Shown: one piece after another, positions 33,401-44,433 of the stretch
Position numbering within the stretch: position 1 is the stretch's first letter
Layout of the letters: each line of letters opens with the position of its first letter
NCBI GenBank assembly: GCA_965644315.1
Contig: CBFFRQ010000030.1
Location: 372,001-436,000 of the forward strand
Length of the DNA stretch: 64,000 nt
Origin: Caecitellus pseudoparvulus
Taxonomy: Eukaryota; Protista; Bigyra: Bicosoecida
Direction of reading: 5' to 3'
Notes under the pieces: model-generated
What the model was told of the DNA's origin: nothing
The model's input: the letters and a program-made list of their open reading frames with translations, nothing else
The model's database searches: none
Program-made: the position numbers and the translations under genes

Positions 33401-35955
33401 GTGCGCATGCGTCCTTGCAACACAGCGAGATCTGGCAACAGCGTCAGAGCCGTGCTGCGGTATGTCGAGCTGGACCTATCACGGGCCAGGCCCCCCAGCA
33501 TAGCCACAGCCCCACCGGAAGCGGCTTCTGCCGTCGCGTTTGCGAGGAATCGCCGGGCCCACAGGGCAGTGTACTCACGCAAGTTGAAAGCCGCAGTGCC
33601 ATCAATGGCAGAGGCCACTCCGATGGCTGAACGCGGGTGCTGCAGCGCGAGCCTGCAGGCTTCTGCGTGCAGCATGCTGCTGGTCAAGTGCCCCGCGTAC
33701 ATCGCACTGAGGGGTGTCATTCCCTTGCTTGCACCACTGCTGGTGGCGCCAACGGCTTGCCGCATGGCGGCGAGCCACACCTCGCTATTTCCTGCGATGC
33801 TGCTTTCGGCCGCAGCGGCTGCAGCAAGCAGCACCCGCTGCGATACCGCCACGTCCAGGAACAGGGAGCCACGGTGCGCCTCTGAGGAGGCAAAGGCGAT
33901 GGGGAGTACACCCTGCGCTGCGCCAGGACTGCCACCTTCCGCATCTGCGAGGGTTGTGCCCAGGAGCCGGGCCACAGCCAGCGTGTGTCGTGACGCCAGG
34001 GCATTGGGGAGCGGCAACACCCCCCAAGCCACGTTTCGCGCGGCGGCAGTGATTTCCACCTGCACATGTGTCAGGTCCACACCTGCCCAAGAGGGAGTGG
34101 TCAGACGAGCGGGGCCAAAGACCACGCCCCAGCGCAGGAATTGTTGCTGTGCGGCGTGCGTGAGAACGTGGTTCACCACCTCCAAGTGCCCCAGCGTGCG
34201 GTCTGCGACGGCCAGGCCTGCCTCTGCCATCCACAGCAAGTCAAGTCCGACGTCAATGCTGCCCAGACTCTGGTGCATCCACGCGAGCCAGCTGGCCACG
34301 TACCGTGGGTGGTCGTGAGAGGCCGAGGCAGCGGGTGGCTCGGAACGCCCTGTTCCGGCCGTTTCCTGCAATGGCAAGGCCTGAGCCACCCTCGCAGCGA
34401 TGTCCCCCACGCCACGCAAGGCCTGATTAACCCCACCTAGCTCCAATGCGGCGCTGAACACTTCCGCCGCTTGTCCCAGGACTGGCGGCAGCAGCAGCTG
34501 CACTTGGGTGGGGGTCGCGGAAACTGTGCCAGCTGGCATGTTCGCTTCCTCGGCGGCAGTTCCAGCTAGCTGTGTGCCGAGCACGTCCAGCACATTGCCG
34601 ACAAGGTGGCGGAGGTCGTATGTGCTCAGCGCATCCTCCACGGGCAGGGGCGGACTTGCAGCGCTCGGGGCGGTCGTTGGGTCAGGTGCAGCTGTTGTTG
34701 GGGGTGCGGGGTGGGCTTGCTGCCTTGCCTCGAACACCACGTGCAGGGAGCCCATGACAGCCGGCAGCTTCAGCACTGCGAGGCGAATGGCATCGTGCAG
34801 CACCAGCGCACAGTGCATGGCACAGTACAGCAGCACCAGCCCGGTTGTGGCGCGAACTGCCAAGGCCGAGCCGCCCCAGTCTTGCCGCCTAACGTGCACA
34901 GAAATGGCTGACGGAGTCTGCCCCTGATATAGGGCGGACAGTGAAGCGCTCAGTTCGTGCCCGACAGCCTCAACTTGCACCCACACCGCGCTGAAGGCGA
35001 GCGTCTGCAGCAGCCAGAACGCAGCGACAAAGGTGGCTGCCCGTGACAGCGAGCTGCGCGATGCACCCTCCCTGCGTGTCGTGCCTTCCTCAGAGGCATG
35101 GACTGGCATAGACTGGCGGGCTGCAGTCAAGAAACGCGGCCTGATGGCTGCGAGCAGGCGCTGGTTGTCCGCCAGCTGAGCGGCCGCCGCAGCACACAGC
35201 ATCGGCAGCGCAATGCACTGCACGGCCAGCACAGAAAAGCGCAGCGGCAGACCGATGTGCGTGCCACTGCTGTACAGCACCTTGGCCAGGACAAACACTG
35301 GGTGGCCCCACCGGGTGAGACTCGCTGCTCGCGTCACATAGGCAGCTGCCGTCGCGCCACCTGCCGCAACAGCAGCAAAGCAGTAAGTGCGGCGCCCCCC
35401 CCTGACGAGGGGTGTCACACACCGCATGTGGGCGCCCAGAAACACTGCCCAGGCAAAAAACGCTGCAAAGTACACCATGGCGGCATCTAGCCACTCCCAG
35501 TCTTGTGCGGCCAGAGCGGAAGCGGGGGTGGGCGGCGCGTCCACCACGCTGTGCAGCACATCGCAGGCGAACTCGCGTGCGACCCGCCGACCGACCAACC
35601 AGACGTCTTGCGACCAGGCAGCCACGTCCGTGGACTGCCCTGGGCCCGGCGTGGTCGGTGTGCCGCACGCTGTAGCTTGCCACGACAGCCACGCCGTCGT
35701 CTGGGCTCGGGCGACGCCCCACAGCATCCAGTTCAGCAATGCAGCGTAGCCCACGGCGACCCAGCTGCGAAGGTGCGTCAGCAGCATGGCTGAGATGTCC
35801 TGTGCCAGCAGCACCGCCAGCTTGCCGCGCAGTGCGCTGCGCAGCGAACGCTCGAGGAGGGTTCCCACGCCTGCCATGACCACTGTTGGCAAGACCAGGT
35901 TCAGGCAGCTGCCCAGCGTCAGCGCCACGCCCAAGAAGAAGCCATGAAATACCAT
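30424..35955 (-). CDS. Large (~1,840 aa) hypothetical protein with a multi-pass membrane N-terminal region
   Basis: Uninterrupted 5.5-kb ORF with many hydrophobic segments in the first ~410 aa. No motif recognised. Confidence 0.7.
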   Translation of the reverse strand: MVFHGFFLGVALTLGSCLNLVLPTVVMAGVGTLLERSLRSALRGKLAVLLAQDISAMLLTHLRSWVAVGYAALLNWMLWGVARAQTTAWLSWQATACGTPTTPGPGQSTDVAAWSQDVWLVGRRVAREFACDVLHSVVDAPPTPASALAAQDWEWLDAAMVYFAAFFAWAVFLGAHMRCVTPLVRGGRRTYCFAAVAAGGATAAAYVTRAASLTRWGHPVFVLAKVLYSSGTHIGLPLRFSVLAVQCIALPMLCAAAAAQLADNQRLLAAIRPRFLTAARQSMPVHASEEGTTRREGASRSSLSRAATFVAAFWLLQTLAFSAVWVQVEAVGHELSASLSALYQGQTPSAISVHVRRQDWGGSALAVRATTGLVLLYCAMHCALVLHDAIRLAVLKLPAVMGSLHVVFEARQQAHPAPPTTAAPDPTTAPSAASPPLPVEDALSTYDLRHLVGNVLDVLGTQLAGTAAEEANMPAGTVSATPTQVQLLLPPVLGQAAEVFSAALELGGVNQALRGVGDIAARVAQALPLQETAGTGRSEPPAASASHDHPRYVASWLAWMHQSLGSIDVGLDLLWMAEAGLAVADRTLGHLEVVNHVLTHAAQQQFLRWGVVFGPARLTTPSWAGVDLTHVQVEITAAARNVAWGVLPLPNALASRHTLAVARLLGTTLADAEGGSPGAAQGVLPIAFASSEAHRGSLFLDVAVSQRVLLAAAAAAESSIAGNSEVWLAAMRQAVGATSSGASKGMTPLSAMYAGHLTSSMLHAEACRLALQHPRSAIGVASAIDGTAAFNLREYTALWARRFLANATAEAASGGAVAMLGGLARDRSSSTYRSTALTLLPDLAVLQGRMRTLHTFVACLRAVLAPARRMGPALPPSLQQLAERPRAGRDEITDQGVDCDPQPTAYPVGEEPVEQLWDVKGYAAGVWRRLQAATALLGSSPATLGHYHSLVWAGTMAPVARCLHFSHPVQSGTTQSPVRERAGSFVAGLYSAGSWKPPTPASTSFSRSESEDTAPDRVHAAHLRGGGSSPTPRAQAARHTPAQPFAAYEESTPPFWMDVLLVVWHFLLSFVVPCLRGVQQGPVAVEPGQHRRAGSDLTAHLPAEQQRLTAHTAATAWGVSPFDMTWGPARALALPGAPSLYAAGEACPSVNSETGHTTSYERRYDEEWRASRSRRTVYQSGPGMGHSAVAELGPDSGGVAVTQASQAAQTACDTWAEAGASPLHVFESSQVMHRIVGSPAMTVSAGVGAEVPAPGTAATLNLGHGSRPQRVPPLQTTTCTHACAAWGLDRKCPALLLPFIRRALAWLDAVCKHVILQVAGAPSTQRHITQDGEAVYAANFAGAVAATPLECCLVISEGDFTLHLPLAETLAGEDGFASWSGVLAPLGTRIVEEAQARTEKVLGRPVRVPRSLAALQESVGQWATGSGSRDALGRYLQRLELWRRSALWHRCLAPRLAARPDMVAAVADLLRKLGHLEQLGTVRCAAFMGVLQPDVNEAVEGALDQGGHTPLPEPSTAPPALGRVESAGHDSAMSWDSEGFAQPGAAGSSLFGMRHWLGGGHSVGSSPASEGAYTAYLGEDPASRVPADGVSGFPWPGALPDMPVGQPDMPPSLQGLQDAWSSLVGVGSMLAASITPLLSAVDLQLIVAMDDVLDVLCVTLPDIERPCSTAGGSEPAPTPDESTSGVSRMIQWLQGHVQAWAAAPAAHAAWAAQHPVAAILALETAVRVAHILTCLLSCRSVPNAAVLPATLILPVHGPGATAAEVCTDPAARSARASARVWALAQASPRVLPSAAPGMVQAHALAVLAAGWGLHALVPEHGAGSAGAAGGHSDSPPTEPEVQG

Positions 35956-36252
35956 GACGAGAGTGTTTCCTAGAGATTCCACCCACACACGGCGCGCAGC
36001 GACTCGGGGGTCAAGGTGAGGGACACTGTGCGCGCTTTTCGCGTGGCGTGCCGAGCGTGCCTCCTCTCGGCAGAGCTGCTGGCAACTAGGATTCCTGCAC
36101 GATTGCGGCCAAATTGCAGCGCCCCCAGATGACTGTGGGGCACTTGCACGCAGGGATGCTCAGGAAGGTATCCCCGGTTTTGCCCGGCCACCTTGATCTG
36201 GGCGGGGGTGGCGTTGCGCAGGTGTTGCGGCGTTTCGGCAGCGTTTTGAGGC

Positions 36253-37737
36253 ATGGCAGCTCCCTTCGTGCCGAACCTGGAGCTGCTGTCCGAGGTGTCT
36301 GGCCTGCTCAAGGCATCGTCATCAGGGCGCATTCCTAAATATGGTCCCAGGTCGGGCGATATTCGTGCAGGGGCACAAGCTGCGTCTGTTGCAGGCCGCA
36401 GCGTAGCTCCGCCTGGCGTTGAGCTCGCACCTGGCCGTTGCTACGCCTTCCTCTCTCGGCTGGAGCGCCCAGCGCACCACTTCTTGGCGGTGTTTGATGT
36501 GCCCACTGTGATGCCTGGTGCAGCTCAGGGCGACGACGCCAGCCAGGGTGCTGCAGAAGACCGCGCTTGGCACGACGAAGCGACCCACATTGAGCTGGTC
36601 CGATGCCGCCAACACTTTTACGCCACGGCGCAGGGTGAGGGCAGCGCCACGGCCATGGGCCCCCTCAAACGCGGCGTGGCGGTGTTCAGGGCGCCATGGC
36701 GCGCGACGGGGCTCCCTGCGTCGCCCACCACGCCACCTCCTGCGCATGTCGCCACCCCACTCGCGTCAGTCCGTGCCGCTGTGCTCAAGGCTCGGCCGGA
36801 TGCGCAGAACGTGCAGGTGGCGTACAGGGGCCTCTTTGCACGGGTGAACGTCAGCACTCTGCTGCTGCCGCTGGGCGCAGCGGAGGACCCTCGTGTCAGC
36901 CTCTTGCAAGCCTTGCCCCAGCTGCCCCAGTCCCCAGCAGCCCGGAGTGAGGCAGACCACGTGGAACAGGGCCGACCACGGGAGGGGGGGGCGGAGGCAG
37001 CAACGCCCCCCACTGCACCTGGCGACGGCCAAGCACTTCCCCCGATCCCGCCGCCTTCCTCCCCCCCCTCCAGTTCCTTGTCGGGGGGTCTCCCGCCACT
37101 GCCAGGGGTAGGAGGCAGGCCCCCCCTCGCCACCCCCATTGGCGCTGTGCGCCGGGGGCCTCCCACGTTGTCAGCCGCAGATGCCTCCGTGCTGGAGGGA
37201 CTGGTGGGGTCCACCTCGCCCCCCACGCCCTCATCGCTGCCCGTGTACACCACACAGCAAGTGGAGGATGCGTGCATGCGGGAGCTGCTGCAGCGCAGTC
37301 TGGCCGTCGCGCCAGCCCAGTCGTCCGCCGCCTCATCCGGCGTGGCGGTGGTAAAAACGCACCACCTCTTCCTGGCGCCCGATGGGACCCTGGTGGGCAC
37401 ACCAGCAGCACCAGAGCAGCAGCCTGATGCGCAGGTGCTCGTGCCAGGCTCCCCACTTGGAGGCGTTGCTGTGGCGGGAGGAGTCACAGCAACGCCAGCA
37501 CTGGGCAGCGACTGCGGCCAAGCAGTGGTGACGCAGGTGGAGTTCTTGGGCGTATCGCAGCAGACGACATGGCTGCCAGGCTTGGACCCCAGCGCAGGAC
37601 GTGCCCTGCCAGAGCTGCCCCTGCCTCAACTTACCGCGTGCAGCGCGTTGACTCTTGGCCCTGACCAACTGGCTGAGGCGTGTGCCTTGGCTCGCGAGAA
37701 GTGGGCCCAGGCGTCGGCAGCTAGAGAAGAGAAGTAA
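36253..37737 (+). CDS. Hypothetical 494-aa protein with a Pro-rich centre
   Basis: Single ORF with a GGCATGG start context and a TAA stop followed by AATGCA, filling the space between neighbouring genes. Confidence 0.65.
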   Translation: MAAPFVPNLELLSEVSGLLKASSSGRIPKYGPRSGDIRAGAQAASVAGRSVAPPGVELAPGRCYAFLSRLERPAHHFLAVFDVPTVMPGAAQGDDASQGAAEDRAWHDEATHIELVRCRQHFYATAQGEGSATAMGPLKRGVAVFRAPWRATGLPASPTTPPPAHVATPLASVRAAVLKARPDAQNVQVAYRGLFARVNVSTLLLPLGAAEDPRVSLLQALPQLPQSPAARSEADHVEQGRPREGGAEAATPPTAPGDGQALPPIPPPSSPPSSSLSGGLPPLPGVGGRPPLATPIGAVRRGPPTLSAADASVLEGLVGSTSPPTPSSLPVYTTQQVEDACMRELLQRSLAVAPAQSSAASSGVAVVKTHHLFLAPDGTLVGTPAAPEQQPDAQVLVPGSPLGGVAVAGGVTATPALGSDCGQAVVTQVEFLGVSQQTTWLPGLDPSAGRALPELPLPQLTACSALTLGPDQLAEACALAREKWAQASAAREEK

Positions 37738-37871
37738 AATGCACCAACATTCAAAGGTTGAACAGACTAATTGACGCGTTCTGGGAACGCTTACACGTGC
37801 CACCCTGCCCGTGCCGCTGCACTGTCCTTTCCTTTGCGCGGAGCTTGGCGCCGTCGCTGCGACTGCCTGCC

Positions 37872-40800
37872 ATGGCCGCAAGGGGCCGCGCTTCCCGGGC
37901 GCAGCAGAGCGAGAGTGCCACTCGCCGCAAGCAGGCGTTGGGATTGGTGGAAAAGGTACGAGAGTGTGGCACTTGCAGTGCGAGGGCTTTGCGGCCGACT
38001 TGGCGGAGCCCACCGGTGACCAGGGCGTTTCACGTCACAGCACTCTGTGCTGCACACGCGCTGCACAGGCCAAGGCGGAGCTGCATGCGGGGCGGAACTT
38101 CGAAGAAGTGCTGGAACTGTACAATGAAGCCTGCAGCCTCATGCCGACTGTGTCCCGGTACTTCTTCCTGCGGGGCAACCTGCACAAGGCCATGGGCCGC
38201 TGGCTGCTGGCTCACTTTGACTACGCCGAGGCCATCAAGCAGAGCAAGTCCCGGCGCACAGCGGCAGGGGTGGACCCGGACTACTACTGTGCGCGAGGCC
38301 TGTGCTTCCGCAAGATGGGCAGTCTGCGGGAGGCGCTGGGGGACCTGAACAACGCCATTCACTTGAAGCACGACAACGGCACGTACTACTTCCAGCGGGG
38401 ACTGGTGCACTTCCAGGCAGGCGACTACGCTGCCGCCGAGAAGGACTTCACGTCTTCCATCAAGTACCACTCCCAGACGTACCGGGCGTACTTCAACAGA
38501 GCAAACTGCCGGCGGAAGCTGGGTGACCCGGCAGGCGCCATCGACGACTTGCGGCAGGCCACGACCGTGGACCCCACTGCCCCCGCCGCGCACAATGCGT
38601 TGGGGCTGGCCCTGTGCGAGCAAGGAGACTACTTTGGCGCCCTGGCTTCCGTCAGCCTTGCCTGCAGCAACGCGCCCTCCAACGCAACGTACCTGTGCAA
38701 CCGAGGCTTGGTGCACTACCACCTGGGCAACCTGTCCGAGGCGCTGGCAGACTACGGGGCGGCAGTGGCGGCATCGGAGGGGGGGCAGCCTGATGCCACC
38801 ATTCTCTTCCACCGTGGCAACGCCCTACTGGCGGCAGGGAAGGCACGCGAGGCGCTGGCTGACTTGACCATGGCGGCCCACCTGACTCTCCAGGCCATGC
38901 GCGATCCGACATCGGGAGACCACGGCAGCACCAGTGCTGGCAGCGCCAGCGACTCCCGCTCCAGCACCTCCCTGCTGCACAGCCTGCAGCAGGCTCGGCG
39001 GGGGGCCGCCTCCAAGGCTTCCTTGGGGGGCTCCAGCTCAGCAGGAGGGGGGGCCGCTGCGCGACGGGTGGGTGCCCTGCAAGCCGGGACGTCAGTGGAC
39101 AACCTGCCCGTGCTGGAGGGTGGCGCCAATGCGCGTGTCGTGGCGGGGCAGGAGAAGGTGGTGGCGGGGGATGGCGGTGCCCTGGACCCGGTCCGGGCAG
39201 GGGAGGGCCAGGTGGGCGCCACCGTCACCACGGGGCTGGGCCTGTCCCTGTACTCCAAGGTGCCCCCTGCGCCTGCCCAGGAGCAGGGGGCTGGGGGGGA
39301 AGGTCAGGATGGCTCCAGCGAGGGGGGGGCCGTGATGAGTCAGGGCCAGGCCAGCGAGGCCCGCCGGCGGGCCATGGTGGCTGCCAAGGCTGCCGCCGCC
39401 GACCACCAGGGCCTGACGCTGAACATTGGCCTGCCACCTGTGCAGGACATCACTGTGAACGCGATGGAGGAGGGCGCTGCGGGCGGCACGGGGGCTGTCG
39501 GGGTGCATAGGTGGGGCGCTGCGGGAGGGGGGGGCGGGCCCGCAGGGGGGGGCGCTGCCTCTGGCCACGAGGACGACATCGACCTGCCCCGGGTGCTGCC
39601 GACGGAAGACGACATTGAAGTGCTGCGCCGCACGGGGGAGATTGTCGTGCAGGCGACCAAGGGCGAGGGGGGGCGGCTGGGAGGCGGAGGGGGGGTCATG
39701 GGCGTCTCCTCCCTCGCCCTCATTGCAGCGAGGCAGCAGCACTCCCTGGGCCTGGCCTTCCAAGCCCTGCGCAAGTACGACGCGGCTCTGGAACACTTCC
39801 AGCTGGCCCTGGCCCTGTGGGGGGGGCATGCGCCCAGTCGGTACCACGCAGCCCTCATGCTGCACGCGCTCGGCGACCACGACCAGGCTGAGGCGGAGCT
39901 GGGAACACTGCTGGCGCGGGAGGCTGACTCCCAGCGCGTGCTGGAGGCCCGTGGCCTGGCTCGACAGGCCATGGGGCGGCATCGGGAGGCTGTGGAAGAT
40001 TTCACGGCGGCCCTGGCGGTGGAGGAGCGAGGTGAGACGCTGTACCATCGAGGAGTCAGCCACCTGGCCACAAAGCCACGGCCAGATGTGCAGGCAGCCT
40101 TACGGGACTTGAGGGCTGCGCGCAAGGCAGGGTTCAAACGGGGGGAGGTGTACGACAAGGTGGCCACGGCGTTCCTGCTGCAAGCGGACGTTCCGTCTGC
40201 CATCGCTGCGTACACTGCCGCCCTGGAGCTGGACCCCACGAACCTGTCGTACTTGGCCCGCCGCTCACAGTGCCACCGGGAAATCGGGGACTCTGCAGAG
40301 GCCGAAGCCGACCTGTCCATCGCGCTGTCCATGCCGCATGCTGACGCGTCACTGTTGTACCTGCGCGGGCTCGCACGCTACGACCAGGACAAGTTCGACG
40401 AGGCCGTGGAAGACTTGCACGCCGCCCTGGCCGCAGGGGTGGACCCAGCCACACTGCCAGATGTGTACTATACGATTGGCCTGGCCCATGCGAACTCGGA
40501 CACGCACGACGCTGCAGAAGAGGCGTTTTCCGCGGCGCTGGCGGTGAACCCGCCGCCCCCCCGAAAGCTGCGCTTGCTGTACCTGCACGAGCGCGCAAAG
40601 TCCAGGCAGATGATTGCCATGCACGAGGAAGCTGTGGAAGACTTCACCGAGGTCATTGCTTTGAACGCCTGCAACGCGCATGCGTACTTTCGGCGGGCCT
40701 TCTCCCACAAGGCGTTGAAGCAGTACGAGCAGGCGGCCAGCGACTTTGAAACTGCCCGCATGCTGCAGCCGAAAAACCCACACCTGGTCGTGAACTACTC

Positions 40801-41041
40801 TGCACTGCACGAAATGGACACCATCATTCTGTGCGCTGCTGGCGAGGAGCCTGCCTTCGACGACGAGCGTTTTCCTGAGCTGGCAGCGGAGGAAGTTGGC
40901 GAAGCGCGGGAGGCCGGCATCGAGCACCTGCGCGACAAGCTGGCACGGCAGGCTTCGCTGCAAGCAGGTGGCCGCAGTGGCATGGCGGGAGACTTGCTGC
41001 GTGAGGAGCACGCCAGTCGCCACATTCCAGGACACAAGTGA
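37872..41041 (+). CDS. Multi-TPR protein (~1,018 aa), 2 exons (37872-37955, 38069-41041)
   Basis: Numerous TPR motifs (YYFQRGLVHFQAGDYAAAEKDFTSSI; AYFNRANCRRKLGD..GAIDDL; AYFRRAFSHKALKQYEQAASDFE). GTACGA...CACAG intron in phase 0. Confidence 0.9.
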
Positions 41042-41297
41042 CCATGTGTGGAGCCTGTGTCACGGGTGCTTGCTTGGCAGCGGCATGGGCCTGGGAAGCA
41101 ACACGTGGGGGGTGGTGGCACGCTTCATGACATACGGCACAGCAACCTGCACAGTACAGCTTCCCCCATGACTGCAGCAACGCGCGTCGTGGCACCCGCT
41201 GCGCAATTGTGCAGCGGTCTCAATACACGCACCATCTCCTGTCATCCACAACCCTGGTAGTGCTTCGCTGCCTGTGTTCCCAGTTCCATTCCACACC

Positions 41298-42364
41298 ATG
41301 GAAGGCTTCAAAGCCAGCTTGCAGGCATGGCTGGCCGACCCTGCGGGCCGCTACGAGGCCCTGGCCATGGACTTTGACTGGCAGCGCACGCCGTTCACTA
41401 CTTGGCACACGCCTGCAGCTATCTGCGCCGTCTACCTGGTGGTAGTGGCCCTGCTGACGCCGCGAGCCCAGGCCATGTCGAAGGAATTCAAGGAGCTGCG
41501 CAAGCAGGGCAAGGCGCGCCCTGTCACGCTCATGACGCACGTCTTCGCCATGCACAACTTGGGCGTGTGCCTGCTGTCGGCAGCCATGTTTGTGGGAGGG
41601 GCTTGGGAGGTGTACCGCCGTGTGTCTGGGGCTGTGACGTATGGGAGCAGCGTGCAGTACGGCGGCGGCGATCAGCTGCACTGGCAGTTCTTGTTCTGCG
41701 AGGACACGTCCATGCAGAGCAAGGGGCCTGTCTTTCTGTGGGTGCGTGCGGAATTTGCGCCCGCTGGAACCCGCCGACACCACGCCAAGCGCGTGGAGCC
41801 ACGAGGGTGCGAGGTTTGGCACACGGAATGCGTGAACCCCCACAGTCTTACATCTACGCTCTGTCCAAGATCCCTGAGCTCCTGGACACCGTGTACGCGC
41901 TGATCCGCGGGACGTGCGTGCCGACAGCGATGTTGCAAGTGACGTGGCCCGCCGCACGTCCCCACCTCGCCCTCCGCAGCATCCCGCCCTCCTACACCCT
42001 GCACGTGTTCCACCACGCCGTGGTGCTGTTCATGGTCTACTTTTGGATGGACCAGCAGCAGTCTCTGCAGTTCATTGGCCTGCTCTTCAACACCGCCGTG
42101 CACGTGGTCATGTACTGCTACTACACAATGCGGGCGTACGGCATCACGCCCTGGTGGAAGAACTACATCACCCGCATGCAGATCGTGCAGTTCATGACGT
42201 CCTTCGCGTCGCTGTGCGTCGCGCTGTGGCTACGGTTCACGCCCGCCGGCCCGTCCGCCTGTGCTGGGGAGGGCGCTGTGTTGTTCAACGCAGCCTTCAA
42301 CCTCATCCTGCTGTCAGGCTTCGTGGGGGTGCTGTTCCGGAACACCAAGACCAAGACTGCCTGA
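41298..42364 (+). CDS. GNS1/SUR4 (ELO/ELOVL) fatty-acid elongase, 3 exons
   Basis: HNLGVCLLS, SKIPELLDT, LHVFHH, NTAVHVVMYCYY and TRMQIVQF motifs, plus a C-terminal KTKTA dilysine-like ER signal. Confidence 0.93.
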
Positions 42365-42385
42365 GCAATGCACGTCGCCGCACCG

Positions 42386-43647
42386 TCACGGCAGGGCCTT
42401 GCCGCTCAGCAGCGCCAGCAGCGCCATGCGGGCGTACAGGCCGTTTTCCATCTGCCGGAAGTACGCTGCACGGCCCTTGGGGTCGCTGTCCACGTCCGTG
42501 GAGATCTCGTCCACTCGAGGCAGGGGGTGCATCACCACCATGCGGTCTTTGGCGTCGGCCAGCGTTGCGGCGTTGATGACAAAAACGCCCTTCACGGCTT
42601 CAAACGCCTCGCGCGTCTCGAAGCGTTCAGCCTGGATGCGGGTCACGTACAGGACGTCGGAGGCTGCGACGAGGTCAGGCGTCAGGTGCGTGTGCTGTGC
42701 GACGTCCACGCCGCGCGCTTCCAGCTCTGCCACAATGCCAGGCGGCGTGCTCAGCTGTTCAGGCGCGACGAAGACGAGCTTGACGTTGAAGAGAGCCAGC
42801 ACCTTTGCCAGGCTGTGGACAGTGCGCCCGTGCTTCAAATCGCCTGCGCGTGGGTGTCGTGCAGGGCCTGCGTGCTGCGTTGCGGCAGGCGGCAACGCGG
42901 CGGCTGAGACACCCACCAACCATGGTCACAGTCAGCCCGTCAATCGTGCCCAGCTCAGAGTGGATAGTGAAGGCATCCAACAGCGCCTGCGTGGGGTGCT
43001 CGCCCGTCCCATCCCCCGCGTTGATGACTGGCTTGCTCGCCGCGTCGGCTGCCTCCTGCGCAGCGCCCGCCTTGGGGTGCCGCAGCACGAGCAAGTCAGC
43101 GTAGCACTCCAAGCACCGAATGGTGTCGCTGAGGGTCTCGCCTTTCTTAACAGATGAAGACGACTGTGCAGGAGGTGGGGGGAGGCCAGCGTGCGAAGGG
43201 CTTTGGCTGACTTGGCTGTGGCCTCTACCGTTCAGTTTCCGCACCTCATTGATTTGCAGGACTGTGCCGCCCAAACGCTGCATGGCAGCGGCAAACGAAC
43301 AGCTTGTTCGGGTGCTCGGCTCATAGAAGATGTTGGCCAGGATCTGTGTAGGTGGGGCGAGTTCCGCTCAGTCCAGGGGGCGCGGGATTCTGGCACCGCA
43401 TCTTGCCTTTCGCTTCAGCAGGTCCACCCCGCCGTCGGCTTTGACTGCGTCCTTCATCCCAGCGGCTTGAGTAAAGAAGTACCTGCGCAGGCAAGGGCAT
43501 GTCATGCACAACTGCTGCACTTGTACCCGAAACACGCGCGCCTCACTCCAGCGCAGGGCGGTCAAACTGGCGGGCAGAGGTGACAGAGGTGCCTTCCCAC
43601 CCGCTGTCGCCAGAGATGGCGCTGGGGACGCGGCTTTGCGCGGCCAT
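42386..43647 (-). CDS. pyrB: Aspartate carbamoyltransferase, stand-alone, 5 exons
   Basis: [78 protein letters not shown]. Confidence 0.95.
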
Positions 43648-43813
43648 GGTGACACAGAGGAAGGTAATGGGCTAATTTTCACACGACGCAAACTTCGCTA
43701 CGTGGGCATAGTTGCATAGTCAGAGTTTTAAGTTGAGACGCTCCTCGTTCGCTCGGCCCAAAGCCTCATTTTGGCGCCGACTGCGAAAGCAGGCGCAAAA
43801 CGCCGGCGAAACG

Positions 43814-44432
43814 ATGTCAGCTCTCTGCCGCCGATGGCAGCGCGCCACCGCCATGCTGCCCCAACTTCGGCCACAGCCAGTGTGCCACATCGCCACAGGT
43901 GATATTGCAGGCCGCCTGCACCTGTACGAGGAGCTGCAGGCGGCTTCCATTCTGGATGCGCGCAAGGCTCGGGCGATGGCTCGCAGTGTGGGAGCCGTGC
44001 AACCCGAGCAGCGCTCCGCCCTCGTGCAGCGCGCGCGGCAGCGGGAGAAGGACCGCAAGCGCGCCGCGAAAGCAAAAGCAGCCAAGGCCCTTGAGCAGGC
44101 CAAGCGTGCAGCTGCCAACCCTGGCATGGCGGTGCGTGGCGAGCAGACCTGGGTCGGCGAAACGAACCGCTGTACGCCCCCACCACTTCGCGCGCCCACA
44201 GGCTTTCTTGGACTTTGAGCGCTCGCAAATGAAGAAGAAGCAGCGCCAGCAGGCGGCAGGCACGGTGCCCCTGCCGTCGGCAAAGGCGCGCAAACCCGCC
44301 CCGGCCCAGCGGCCCGAAGAGCCCGACCCCGCCTCCTGCTGTGGCAACGACTGCCAGCGCTGTGTGTGGATTGTGTACTGGGAGGAGCTGCAGGCGTGGG
44401 AGGATCGCATGGCCAAGGCGGCCACGGCGTGA
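43814..44432 (+). CDS. Oxidoreductase-like domain-containing protein (OXLD1-like), probably mitochondrial, 2 exons
   Basis: C-terminal PEEPDPASCCGNDCQRCVWIVYWEEL matches the Oxidored-like CCGxxCxxCVW motif. The Arg-rich N-terminus resembles a presequence. Confidence 0.8.
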
Positions 44433-44433
44433 G

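Noticed and set aside
27371-42364. Possible lipid biosynthetic cluster (two hydroxylases + elongase)
   Set aside because: The genes are separated by ~11 kb and three unrelated genes. Nothing beyond loose proximity supports a cluster.
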